A stretch of 64,000 bases of DNA from an uncultured Porphyromonadaceae bacterium (GCA_902472485.1 CABROH010000002.1:14871-78870); one strand, 5' to 3'; counted from the first letter of the stretch, positions 31,126 through 41,235 are shown. Made by a program: numbers and translations. The notes: a model not told the origin generated them from the sequence alone.

Positions 31126-31884
31126 TTAAAGGTAAAACGCCATACCGAATTGGATGGAGAAAAGATTGATCTTAAAATTGGCGTGCTTGCTGTTGCGATG
31201 TGCCACCTGCACCTGATTTGTCACTGATCGCGTGTGCGTGTAGCCAAACCCGAGCACCCCGACATTGACCTCTATGGCCGAATAGTTGTTGAGAAACATT
31301 ATGAAGCCCGGGGTGAGCCCGATATTGAGCGAGAAGTTTTTTTCGTAGGTTCCTTCAAGATGACGGTTGGCCTCAGTGCCACCGGTGAAATTGGAGAGTT
31401 TGGCCTGACCGCCGCCAAGCGTCAGCTGCATCTCATTAAACAGTCCGAAACGGCGGTTGTCGCCAAACGATATATAGTTTCGAAATGCCGCGGTAGCGAA
31501 ATAATTTGACTGGATCGTATTCACATGGTCGGCATCGAATGTCGTTTCAGAGTCGAGAATAAGACTACCGGCATCAAGTCCCGCCTTACTGCGTTCATAA
31601 CCGAACTTCAGACCGACGGCCATGTTATCCTTGAATGTATAAAGCGCCATTGGCGTCACCTTGAATGAATAGGTGTCGCCATTCACTTTTTCAAAAACGA
31701 AAAACTGATAATTGTCCTGACTGCTTTGGGAGTATCCGACACTGACTCCCGTTATCCACTGTCCCTTGGGAATGAATGACACTTGTTGCAGATCACGCTT
31801 AAAATGCTCCTGAGCCATCGCGACGGGAGAAGCAGCGGCAACCGCAAGTGACAAAAGCGCCATTAATCTCGAAATTTTACTCAT
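31126..31884 (-). CDS. Outer-membrane beta-barrel protein
   Basis: Signal peptide, amphipathic strands, C-terminal IQFGMAFYL beta-signal. Confidence 0.8.
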   Translation of the reverse strand: MSKISRLMALLSLAVAAASPVAMAQEHFKRDLQQVSFIPKGQWITGVSVGYSQSSQDNYQFFVFEKVNGDTYSFKVTPMALYTFKDNMAVGLKFGYERSKAGLDAGSLILDSETTFDADHVNTIQSNYFATAAFRNYISFGDNRRFGLFNEMQLTLGGGQAKLSNFTGGTEANRHLEGTYEKNFSLNIGLTPGFIMFLNNYSAIEVNVGVLGFGYTHTRSVTNQVQVAHRNSKHANFKINLFSIQFGMAFYL

Positions 31885-31937
31885 GTTGTTATGCTAAGTG
31901 ATGTTGTGATATGCGTTTATTGTTATATCGATTTGCG

Positions 31938-34490
31938 TCAATACGAGAAAGTCAGGTCGTCAATTTGCAAGCTTCCGCCGAGCGAAGTCGACGTCACGGG
32001 ATCGGAAAACGTAACAATCGCAGCAGATTCCTCTGCTATCGACCCGACATGAATCGATGAAGAAAGCATTATTTTAAGCTTCGTTGGCTTGAGCCCGAAA
32101 TGGCTGTAAGACAACGGAATGCTAAACGCCGTGTAACCGGTAGCCACCGACAGCTGACCGACTCCGCGCGACACGACTACATCCGAACCATCGCGTTGTG
32201 CCAGCAACTCAACGACCACGAGTCCTTTGTCGCTCTGGTCACTGACGCACGGCAAATATCGGTAATAGCCGTTAAGCGATGTCGGACGCGATGAAAACGA
32301 TACACCTTCAACATAAACCTCCTGCCCTGTCGCCGGATCGAATCCGTATTCGCCAAGAAAAACTTTTCCGGCCGCCCGATGGGCTATATCGGGTATATTG
32401 AGGCTATATGATGTATACGGCTGACCTGTCTGACGATAATCAGCGATAGCAGAGCCGTCAAGATCCCATGATGTGCTTACGACCGAAACCGCATAGGCAC
32501 CGGCCGATGCATCAGTGATTGAAAAAACCGAAGGCTGCATATACCATGTGTTATGATTGGTCGCCTGTTGGCAAAACGTCTTGGCATTCGTATTAGCCCA
32601 TTGCTTTGGCACGAAATAATCGTAGGATGCATAGTTCTGGCAATTGAATATGTCGACGATATTTTGAGAATATCTACCTCCGGCCGGCAGATTCTTATAT
32701 TTCACTCCGTCGCGGACATCCTCGAAGCTGCCGTTCGGAACCGCCAGACATCTTTCAGTTTCTATATTGACGGACGGACAAAACTGCGACTGCTCCGTGG
32801 GATTCTCGTATAAAGTAGCCGACAGCGAATATCGTGTATGTTCATTAAGACCACCAAGCAGGATAATTCCGTTTTCCGGATCACGACGCATAAGCACCTG
32901 CTTCTGACCATCGACATATATATTGGCCATCGATGTGATCGTTTCGATCATACCGGTTTCGGCAGCAGATATTCTTACAGCAGCATAGCGGGCAAATGGA
33001 TCGGCATCGATGGTAAATTCAGGCGAAACAAACCGGATAGTGGAGCGCACACGCTCATCTCCGCAATAAATAAGCCGCACATCGGCCGAAGACACGGCCA
33101 TCGACGGCACACGAAAACGCACCGTCCACTCACCTTCATGTCCGTCAATCGGATCAACAGCCAATATTTCCGCCTTCTGCCATCCTGTTCCGGTCTTAAC
33201 CTCCACACCGATATTTTCGGCGACATCATCACCGCGTGCAATGATGTGCATCTGGCCGATATTCAAGCCCAAAAGAATATCCGATACGGAAATCACAGAA
33301 AGACCGGCTTCACGCACATCGACATCGAGTGACAACGGACCCGACATCTTTCCCAGAACGCTGACAGCCGAAACATAAAACGCGTCGACAGGATCATCGA
33401 CACGGAGATTTGGCAAAACATCAGTGAGATCAACCGTCATATGGCCGGTTGACGACTCGTCGATTTTAAGCCCGAGCGACTGCATAAGCATGGTCGTTTC
33501 GCTATCGGCCGACGCGAGATCGATCTCCTCAGGCCAGCCACGCGATAAAAGCGACCGAGCCTTTGTGGTCAATATCACCCTACCGCCGCCACATCCTTCT
33601 ATCTCGAAAACGACCGGCGTGGAAGGACGGTCGCCTTCGGTAATCACGACAGGCGCCGATTCTTCGAATCCCGACACGGAAATTTTCGGAGCCTCGGCCG
33701 AAAGGAATGTCCGGGTAAGCGTTATGACTCTATCATCGGCGGATATCCGGTCATCGAAGGAAACGGTGATACGTGGATCGCCATTTTGCGCGACATCGCA
33801 TGCGATGTCAACCTCATAAAGCCTTCCAGCAAGGGCGTTGCTGACCGTCGCGGCAAGAAACTCGGCATGCGACCCGTCATTTGTAGTCACATCAAGAAAC
33901 AACGACACCGCGCCGGGATTGACGAAAGCCGTGCGCGTTTCATTCTCGGGATAAACGACATATCTGCCACCGGCCGAATGAATCGTAGCACTTATATCCC
34001 GAATGGTATTTCCCGGACGATCCTCGAAATCAATCACGAATCCGGTATTGGACGGATTGCATTCAATCTCAACGTTTTTCGTCGTACCACCCTCAAGATT
34101 AACAGAACATGAGCCATAGAAATACGGACAGTCAAAACCTTCCTTGTCGGGCGAGCCACTGAACGCCTCGACGAGATATGCGCCGGGGCGAAACGGTTCA
34201 TCCACCGGATATTCGGTCAGCGACGGCCAGGTGTTTGAGAAGCGGCCGTCGGCACTTTTTATTGTCAGACCTATATCTGATTGTGTAGGCAGCTGCGTGA
34301 AAACACCTGTATTGACTGGACCCGTTACTGTTTCTATCATCGGATTCACCGTCACTACGGGTATAATGCGGCATGACCCGAAACGTTCTTCGACCGTATC
34401 ATAGGAGCATGATGCGGAAAGCGCCACAATAGAAGCCGCAAGAGCGACCGCTAATAGAGAATATATTGGTTTGCAAAATCTTATACCCAT
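31938..34490 (-). CDS. Large surface lipoprotein, DUF4493-like N-terminus and PCMD-like C-terminus
   Basis: Lipobox SASC; G.Y.VEA.SG....GFD.PYFYG (DUF4493-like); PNGSFE, AAGKVFLG, FSSRPTSLNGYY, IPL.Y, L.IDDL.F.Y. Confidence 0.78.
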   Translation of the reverse strand: MGIRFCKPIYSLLAVALAASIVALSASCSYDTVEERFGSCRIIPVVTVNPMIETVTGPVNTGVFTQLPTQSDIGLTIKSADGRFSNTWPSLTEYPVDEPFRPGAYLVEAFSGSPDKEGFDCPYFYGSCSVNLEGGTTKNVEIECNPSNTGFVIDFEDRPGNTIRDISATIHSAGGRYVVYPENETRTAFVNPGAVSLFLDVTTNDGSHAEFLAATVSNALAGRLYEVDIACDVAQNGDPRITVSFDDRISADDRVITLTRTFLSAEAPKISVSGFEESAPVVITEGDRPSTPVVFEIEGCGGGRVILTTKARSLLSRGWPEEIDLASADSETTMLMQSLGLKIDESSTGHMTVDLTDVLPNLRVDDPVDAFYVSAVSVLGKMSGPLSLDVDVREAGLSVISVSDILLGLNIGQMHIIARGDDVAENIGVEVKTGTGWQKAEILAVDPIDGHEGEWTVRFRVPSMAVSSADVRLIYCGDERVRSTIRFVSPEFTIDADPFARYAAVRISAAETGMIETITSMANIYVDGQKQVLMRRDPENGIILLGGLNEHTRYSLSATLYENPTEQSQFCPSVNIETERCLAVPNGSFEDVRDGVKYKNLPAGGRYSQNIVDIFNCQNYASYDYFVPKQWANTNAKTFCQQATNHNTWYMQPSVFSITDASAGAYAVSVVSTSWDLDGSAIADYRQTGQPYTSYSLNIPDIAHRAAGKVFLGEYGFDPATGQEVYVEGVSFSSRPTSLNGYYRYLPCVSDQSDKGLVVVELLAQRDGSDVVVSRGVGQLSVATGYTAFSIPLSYSHFGLKPTKLKIMLSSSIHVGSIAEESAAIVTFSDPVTSTSLGGSLQIDDLTFSY

Positions 34491-34667
34491 TGCATTTATG
34501 CCGTGGCGGATTTATCCACGGCGAGTGGTCACATCATCAGAGTGACAACATTAAATTTTGTGTAAAGTTAGCGTTTTTTGGCATAATAATAACGACACCC
34601 TGCTTAAAATTAGTTAATCAACCTCAACTCTACGCCCACCATTAATCGACATAATAAGTTTTTGTGT

Positions 34668-34675
34668 TAACTTTG
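34668..34675 (+). promoter_or_regulatory. -7 box TAACTTTG for DUF4923 gene
   Basis: TAnnTTTG consensus about 25 nt before ATG 34701. Confidence 0.6.
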
Positions 34676-34700
34676 GCGACAACAACAACCCGCAACCGGC

Positions 34701-35351
34701 ATGAAAAGAATAGTAACACTTATATTTTACGTTGCAATCGCAACATCTTCCGTCGTTTCAGCTTTTGATCTCAAAGATGCACTAAAAGGGCTCGGAAAAG
34801 ACGTTGACACAAAGATCGAAGGGCTGTCAGGCGTGTTAGCCGACGTCCTTGCAACCGACAAAATCGACATTGCATCAATTTGCGGCACATGGAACTACAA
34901 AGAGCCGGCGGGGGGGTTCAAGAGGGGGAATCTGTTGAAAAAAGCAGGCGGTGCGACGGCAGCTTCCGCCATTACCGAAAAGCTGATTCCCATCTATAAG
35001 CTGTCGGGAATCGACAAACTGTCACTCGCCATCGATAACGCCGGAGATTTCCAGATGAAAGTGCGGAGTGTTACCCTCAAAGGTATAATCGAGCCCGTTG
35101 CCGACAAAAGCAGTCTGTCGAATTTCACCTTTAAATTTCAAGCTGCGGGCAAAAGCCTCGGCACAGTCAACGCTTACATCGTAAAAAGCATTGACGGCTC
35201 CATGAAACTCACATTCGATATCACCAAACTCGTGGAAATAATCGGAAAAGCGAGCAAAGTGATCGGCAACAGCACCCTCAAGACTCTGTCAGGAGTCCTT
35301 TCGAGCTACGATGGCCTTTGCGCCGGGTTCGAACTATCAAAACAAAAATAA
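34701..35351 (+). CDS. DUF4923 family exported protein
   Basis: Signal peptide; GTW.Y..PA.......NLLKKAGG..A; C-terminal YDG...GFEL.K. Confidence 0.8.
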   Translation: MKRIVTLIFYVAIATSSVVSAFDLKDALKGLGKDVDTKIEGLSGVLADVLATDKIDIASICGTWNYKEPAGGFKRGNLLKKAGGATAASAITEKLIPIYKLSGIDKLSLAIDNAGDFQMKVRSVTLKGIIEPVADKSSLSNFTFKFQAAGKSLGTVNAYIVKSIDGSMKLTFDITKLVEIIGKASKVIGNSTLKTLSGVLSSYDGLCAGFELSKQK

Positions 35352-35368
35352 ATCTTTTTCACATCACC

Positions 35369-36267
35369 GTGATAGGCAACGAAAATCCGGCATTTGGATC
35401 TGAAGACAAACCTGCTGACGCACATTACGCCGCTTCGGGTTTTAGGCCGGTTTCTGCTTCAATTGTGACATTTCACACCGATGATGACGAATTGTGCAGA
35501 TGCCTCGGCTCATTATCATCGTCATGTTTCGATCATATCACGGTCATAGACAATTCGTCAAGCATAAAAACTCGGCTTCTGTGCGAGCAATGGCCGGGCG
35601 TGACATATGTGCCATCCGAAAACATCGGATATGGAGCGGCACATAACATAGCCCTGCGCGACAGTATCACCGACGGACATCTTTATCATCTCGTGCTGAA
35701 CCCCGACATAAGATTCAACGGATGCGAATTCAAAAGACTGATCGAATATATGGATTCGCATCCGGATACCGGCTCCCTACCGCCGCTGCACCCTCACAGC
35801 CGATGATCATAAACCCTGACGGCACACAGCAATACACGGTCAGGCTCATCCCCACGCCTTTTGACCTCATACTGCGCCGCTTCTTACCCAAAGCGCTGAT
35901 GCGGAATCGCAGAAGCCGCTACGAGCTCCGCCACATGGATCATTCGCAACCATTTAACGCACCAAACCATCAGGGCAGCTTCATGCTGCTCAGATGCGAG
36001 GCATTGCGCGATGTCGGACTTTTTGATGAACGTTTTTTCATGTATCCCGAAGATATCGACCTCACACGCCGCATTCACGAACGGTGGAAAACGATGTATG
36101 TACCGGCATTGCGGGTGATTCACGATCACAGAGCCGAATCATACCGCAGCATGCGCATGCTGCGCATCCACGCCATCAACATGATTCGATATTTCAACAA
36201 ATGGGGCTGGTTTTTCGACCGCTCACGCAAGCGGATCAATAAAGAACTTATCCGACGACGCCTTTAG
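35369..36267 (+). pseudogene. GT2 (rhamnosyltransferase-like) glycosyltransferase split by a frameshift near 35781-35797, possibly an assembly artefact
   Basis: 5' frame: SIVTF, IDNSS, NIGYGAAHN, LVLNPD; 3' frame: NPDG..QY, GSFML.R, FDERFFMYPEDIDL, YFNKWGW. Confidence 0.8.
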
Positions 36268-36284
36268 ACCGGATATAGCGAAGT

Positions 36285-36324
36285 AAAAGCGCCGCATCAA
36301 AGCCCGAAAGCTTTGATGCGGCGC
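36285..36324 (-). terminator. Rho-independent terminator (clpB-lipoprotein side, possibly bidirectional)
   Basis: Perfect 15-bp stem GCGCCGCATCAAAGC-CCGAAA-GCTTTGATGCGGCGC (36289-36324); TTTT tail on minus strand. Confidence 0.85.
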
Positions 36325-36365
36325 CATTATTCAGGGGAAGCACGGCATGAATCCGTGCCGTTGGA

Positions 36366-36836
36366 TTACTCAAATTTGTGCGCCACCGGCAGGTGGGATG
36401 AATCTCCGCCGGGCTGCGGTATCTCCGATGCATCAGCGACAACGGCAATCTTCACTTGCGTGACAGCCGTAGCCAATGTCGCGCCCTCCTCCGCGATACC
36501 CATATTGGCAGTGAGCGTATAGGTGCCGGGGGTCAGATCATCTGTAGGAATTTTCACCCCGTATGGCGCGATGAAAGTCGTATATATCGGTGCGCCGTTA
36601 AGCCAATAGTTTACCGGACCGACACAAGTGGCCACATGGTTCGGCCGGGTCGGAGTTACCGTGATGCCCTCGACAATCAACGTATCGGGTTGAGCCACAT
36701 ATACCGTTCCGTTGCTGACGGTAGCATTGGAGAACTCGAAACTGATGTCGACCTGAGGAAGATTGTCATCATCGTCGCATGCCGCCATACCCATAAGCAA
36801 CGGCAACGAACACAGTAAGATAAATAATTTTTTCAT
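36366..36836 (-). CDS. Small hypothetical lipoprotein, beta-rich
   Basis: MKK..hydrophobic..MAAC-DDDDN lipobox followed by an acidic export-signal-like stretch. Confidence 0.8.
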   Translation of the reverse strand: MKKLFILLCSLPLLMGMAACDDDDNLPQVDISFEFSNATVSNGTVYVAQPDTLIVEGITVTPTRPNHVATCVGPVNYWLNGAPIYTTFIAPYGVKIPTDDLTPGTYTLTANMGIAEEGATLATAVTQVKIAVVADASEIPQPGGDSSHLPVAHKFE

Positions 36837-36896
36837 AGTGTGTAAAGAATATTACAAAGGTTTCTGAATATAGATGGATTATGCTATGCTCTCTTT

Positions 36897-39488
36897 TCAG
36901 TTACGGAATGTGAGCTGATCATCTTTGACATCAATCACAATAGGATGATCTTTGTCGACTTTCTGGGCAAGGATATCCTTCGACAACCGGCTCAGCACCA
37001 AACGGTGAATCGCACGCTTGACAGGACGGGCACCGAATTCCGGATCGTAGCCTTCCTCAGCGAGCAAGTGCAAAGCAGCGGGAGTAACCTCAAGAGTAAC
37101 ACCATTGGCAGCAAGCATTTTCTGAACACTACGGATCTGTAATCCTACGATTTCCTCAATTTCCTTTTCGTTGAGCGGAGTAAACATAATCGTTTCATCG
37201 ATACGATTAAGGAATTCGGGGCGGATTGTCTGTTTGAGCATTTCAAGCACCTCGTTTTTGGTTTTTTCCACCACTTCATCGTGATTTTCCGGAGTCATCT
37301 TGGCGAAATTATCGCGGATCACAGCCGAACCCATGTTTGAGGTCATGATGATGATCGTGTTCTTGAAGTTGACCAAACGGCCTTTATTGTCGGTTAGTCG
37401 TCCGTCATCAAGCACTTGCAGGAGGATATTGAACACATCGGGATGCGCTTTCTCGATCTCGTCGAACAACACGACGGAATATGGCTTACGCCTTACGGCC
37501 TCTGTAAGCTGACCGCCTTCGTCATAACCCACGTATCCCGGAGGCGCTCCGACCAGTCGACTGACGGTATGTTTCTCCTGATACTCGCTCATGTCGATTC
37601 GCGTCATCATATTTTCATCGTCGAAAAGATATTCAGCCAATGCCTTAGCCAGCTCCGTCTTGCCGACGCCGGTGGTTCCGAGGAAGATAAACGAACCTAT
37701 AGGCCGGCGCGGATCATTAAGTCCGGCACGGCTGCGACGTACGGCATCGGCAATAGCCCGTATCGCCTCTTCCTGCCCCACAACACGGTTGTGAAGTTCG
37801 GCTTCGAGATGGAGCAGCTTTTCCTTCTCGCTCTGCACCATCTTGTTGACAGGAATACCGGTCCAACGCGAAACGACATCGGCGATATCTTCGGCATCAA
37901 CCTCTTCTTTGATGAGCGCCTTCTCACCCTGCATCATCTTAAGCTGTTCCTGAATCTCAGCATTTTCGCGCTCTTTCTGCTGCACTTTTGAATATCGGAT
38001 CTCGGCCACACGGGCATAATCACCTTCACGCTCGGCTCGCTCGGCATCGAAGTTGAGCTGTTCGATATCTATTTTATTCTGTTGAATCTTGTTGATGAGG
38101 TCTTTTTCAGCCTTCCATTTGGCCATGTATTCTTTCTCGTCCTCACGCATTCTGGCAAGATCTTTCTCGATTTCTTTCACCTTTTCCTTGTCGCCCTCGC
38201 GCTTTATCGCTTCCCGCTCGATCTCTTTCTGAGCTATCATGCGGCTGATTTCATCAAGTGCCTGCGGCACGGAATCTATTTCGAGGCGCAACTTGGACGC
38301 GGCCTCGTCGACAAGATCGATGGCTTTGTCGGGAAGGAAACGATCGGTTATATATCGTTCCGACAATTGAACGGCGGCGATGATCGCCTCATCACGAATG
38401 CGCACCTTATGGTGGTTTTCATACCGTTCTTTCAAACCTCGCAATATGGCTATGGCACTCATTTCATCGGGTTCGTTGACCATGACCTTCTGGAAACGGC
38501 GTTCGAGAGCCTTGTCTTTTTCGAAGTATTTCTGGAATTCGTCAAGCGTGGTGGCACCGATGCTGCGCAACTCACCTCGGGCAAGAGCCGGCTTGAGGAT
38601 ATTGGCGGCATCCATCGCGCCTTCGCCCTTACCGGCGCCCACAAGAGTGTGGATCTCGTCTATGAAAAGGATTATGTCGCCATCGCTCTGCGTCACTTCG
38701 TTGACAATGGCTTTAAGGCGCTCTTCAAACTCGCCCTTATATTTTGCGCCGGCGACAAGCGCTCCCATATCAAGCGAGAAGATCTGTTTAGACCGCAGAT
38801 TTTCAGGAACATCGCCACGCACAATTCGCTGCGCGAGCCCTTCGGCTATAGCCGTCTTTCCCGTACCCGGCTCACCGATCAACATAGGATTATTCTTAGT
38901 GCGTCGGCTCAGAATCTGAAGCACACGGCGAATTTCATCGTCACGGCCAATCACCGGATCAAGTTTGCCGGTGCGGGCGCGTTCGTTTAGATTAATCGCA
39001 TATTTTGACAGCGCGTTGTATGTTTCTTCCGCACTTTGGTCAGTGGCTTTCTTGCCCTTGCGAAGTTCGGCAATGGCGCCCTGCAGTTCGGCAGCGCCCA
39101 TGCCCGCATCTTTCATGATTGTCGAGGCTGGCGAGTTCACCTCAAAAAGTGCGAGAAGCAGAGCTTCAAGCGTGACATATTCGTCACCTTGCTTTTTTGC
39201 GATATCAAGCGAGCGCTGAAGCACATCGTTGGAATATCTGCTGAGATATGGATCGCCACCACCCGAAACTTTTGGCAAAGTATCTATTTCGCGGTCGACG
39301 GCGGTCGACAGATGAGCCATATTTGCACCCACCTTCGCGAAAATAAATTTCACCACTGACTCACCCTCCGAAAGCACACCCTTAAGCAAATGAACCGGTT
39401 CTATGGCTTGATTGCCATTGCCTTTTGCCAGCTCAAACGCCTTCTGCACGGCTTCCTGTGATTTGATTGTGAAATTGTTGAAATTCAT
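36897..39488 (-). CDS. clpB: ATP-dependent chaperone ClpB
   Basis: [21 protein letters not shown], coiled-coil M domain, [29 protein letters not shown]. Confidence 0.98.
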   Translation of the reverse strand: MNFNNFTIKSQEAVQKAFELAKGNGNQAIEPVHLLKGVLSEGESVVKFIFAKVGANMAHLSTAVDREIDTLPKVSGGGDPYLSRYSNDVLQRSLDIAKKQGDEYVTLEALLLALFEVNSPASTIMKDAGMGAAELQGAIAELRKGKKATDQSAEETYNALSKYAINLNERARTGKLDPVIGRDDEIRRVLQILSRRTKNNPMLIGEPGTGKTAIAEGLAQRIVRGDVPENLRSKQIFSLDMGALVAGAKYKGEFEERLKAIVNEVTQSDGDIILFIDEIHTLVGAGKGEGAMDAANILKPALARGELRSIGATTLDEFQKYFEKDKALERRFQKVMVNEPDEMSAIAILRGLKERYENHHKVRIRDEAIIAAVQLSERYITDRFLPDKAIDLVDEAASKLRLEIDSVPQALDEISRMIAQKEIEREAIKREGDKEKVKEIEKDLARMREDEKEYMAKWKAEKDLINKIQQNKIDIEQLNFDAERAEREGDYARVAEIRYSKVQQKERENAEIQEQLKMMQGEKALIKEEVDAEDIADVVSRWTGIPVNKMVQSEKEKLLHLEAELHNRVVGQEEAIRAIADAVRRSRAGLNDPRRPIGSFIFLGTTGVGKTELAKALAEYLFDDENMMTRIDMSEYQEKHTVSRLVGAPPGYVGYDEGGQLTEAVRRKPYSVVLFDEIEKAHPDVFNILLQVLDDGRLTDNKGRLVNFKNTIIIMTSNMGSAVIRDNFAKMTPENHDEVVEKTKNEVLEMLKQTIRPEFLNRIDETIMFTPLNEKEIEEIVGLQIRSVQKMLAANGVTLEVTPAALHLLAEEGYDPEFGARPVKRAIHRLVLSRLSKDILAQKVDKDHPIVIDVKDDQLTFRN

Positions 39489-39686
39489 AATATCTAAAAT
39501 AAACAGTTATAATAATCAAAATAAAACGGTAATGCGCCGGCCTTTTGCCGGACACTCATCATTCTAACAATTCAAGGTTCGTGAATGTTGCGGTCCGCTC
39601 ATCGACGAAATGCCGGAAGCGGCATGCCGCGCGCCCGTTTTAACCATTTTTTTATGTAAAACAGACATATTGTAAATGATTATTGT

Positions 39687-39694
39687 TAATTTTG
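39687..39694 (+). promoter_or_regulatory. -7 box TAATTTTG for DUF5106 cluster
   Basis: TAnnTTTG consensus about 50 nt before ATG 39747. Confidence 0.55.
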
Positions 39695-39746
39695 TAAATG
39701 CAAATAATGTGCCAATCATCAAGCACGACATAGAATCGATACCAGC

Positions 39747-40652
39747 ATGAAATATTTAATTGCCCTCACCGCTATGCTTGCCGCTCTATGCGCCAAGGCT
39801 CAGGACAACACCTTCTTCCAGCTCCCAGTGATTCCCGACGAACTGCAGACTCTTCAAGATCGCTCGGACTATATGGTAAAGCACTACTGGGATTTCTGCG
39901 ATCTCAACAAATCGTTCTCCTCACGTGACAAAATGGCTGACGCCTTCGATGTTTATCTGTCATTTATGCCTTACGCTTCAGCGGAAACCGTCTATGCAGA
40001 GGTAGACAGATTTATGGAAAAAATCGGCAAAAAGCCCGAAAACGTACTGTTTATCGGCGAACTCGCCGAGGGAAAACTTTACAGCGATACGGCAGAAATG
40101 CAGAGCGACGAATTGTTTTTGCTTTTCGCCAACGCTATAGTGAAAAACAAGAAAGTCGACAAAACATCAAAACTTCGTTACCAGCACCTGTCGAATGTGC
40201 TCACGGCCAGCGCTCCGGGCTCTTTGGCACCGAAATTCAACTACACCGGCCTCAATGGTGAAAATGGCACTTTCGCTGTCGACACCACCAAAACGGGCAC
40301 CATATTGTTTTTCAACGATCCTGACTGCGAGGACTGCCGCATGGCTCGTCTGCGCCTTGACACAGACATTCTCACCCGCAAGATGATAGATGGCGGCCGC
40401 ATGGCGCTCGTAAGCGTATATCCGTCCGAGCCTTCAACCGAATGGCGCGAACAAGCCGCTGGTTATCCCTCATCATGGATTTCCGTGGCTTCGGATGATG
40501 TCAACGAGCTATATGATATGCGTGTGATGCCGATGTTCTACGTCATCAATCCCAATGGAGCCATACTGCTGAAGACAGTCAATGTCAACGACATTATCGA
40601 TATAATGGCACGCCTGAACCAAAGGCTCGCCACGACATCCGACACCGACTGA
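39747..40652 (+). CDS. DUF5106 plus thioredoxin-like (CxxC) exported protein
   Basis: Signal peptide; R..Y...HYWD; C-terminal AP.F.Y...FF.DPDCEDC...YDMR..P.FY. Confidence 0.8.
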   Translation: MKYLIALTAMLAALCAKAQDNTFFQLPVIPDELQTLQDRSDYMVKHYWDFCDLNKSFSSRDKMADAFDVYLSFMPYASAETVYAEVDRFMEKIGKKPENVLFIGELAEGKLYSDTAEMQSDELFLLFANAIVKNKKVDKTSKLRYQHLSNVLTASAPGSLAPKFNYTGLNGENGTFAVDTTKTGTILFFNDPDCEDCRMARLRLDTDILTRKMIDGGRMALVSVYPSEPSTEWREQAAGYPSSWISVASDDVNELYDMRVMPMFYVINPNGAILLKTVNVNDIIDIMARLNQRLATTSDTD

Positions 40653-40725
40653 AAACGGCAAAACCCAATCAACGGTCAATTTGTTACCACACCGAATCCC
40701 AACTATAATCTATCCCGATCAGGTC

Positions 40726-41235
40726 ATGACTAAATTCATCCAACATCTGTCGCGAATGTTTTTAATGTTCACCGGCTATACCTACAGCAATATGGCCCGA
40801 CTGTTCATGCGCCTTTTTGTAGGCGTCATGTTCATGCAGTTCGGCATCCGGCATCTTGTAAACTTCACGACTCTCAGTTCGGAATTCCCCACTGTTCTTG
40901 GATGGTCACCGACTGTCTGCCTCTCGCTGATGATCACCATCGAACTTCTATGTTCACTATGTATAATGGTGGGATTCCTGACACGGCTCATGACGATTCC
41001 ACCTATTCTGTCGATGATTGCCGCAGAATATTACATTCTGCACGATCTGCTGCCGCACACATCTGTTTATGGACTCGACAGCACCCAACCCGGATATCTG
41101 CCCATAATGTTCATCGGAATCTATCTGTTCATTTTACTTGCCGGACCGGGCAAAATATCCCTTGATTATTTTATATCAATATTCATTATCGGACGGCAAG
41201 GCAAAGATGAAAAAGAAGCCCTCGACGAAGTGTGA
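40726..41235 (+). CDS. DoxX family membrane protein
   Basis: RLFVG..F...G, IEL.CS...G.LTR, GPGKISLD. Confidence 0.88.
   Translation: MTKFIQHLSRMFLMFTGYTYSNMARLFMRLFVGVMFMQFGIRHLVNFTTLSSEFPTVLGWSPTVCLSLMITIELLCSLCIMVGFLTRLMTIPPILSMIAAEYYILHDLLPHTSVYGLDSTQPGYLPIMFIGIYLFILLAGPGKISLDYFISIFIIGRQGKDEKEALDEV

Noticed and set aside
38082..38990. 302-aa antisense ORF inside clpB (also 37416-37991)
   Set aside because: Typical shadow ORF on the opposite strand of a conserved, codon-biased gene; no motifs or promoter
39489..39746. Heat-shock operator (CIRCE) upstream of clpB
   Set aside because: No TTAGCACTC-N9-GAGTGCTAA match; only short GC-rich stems
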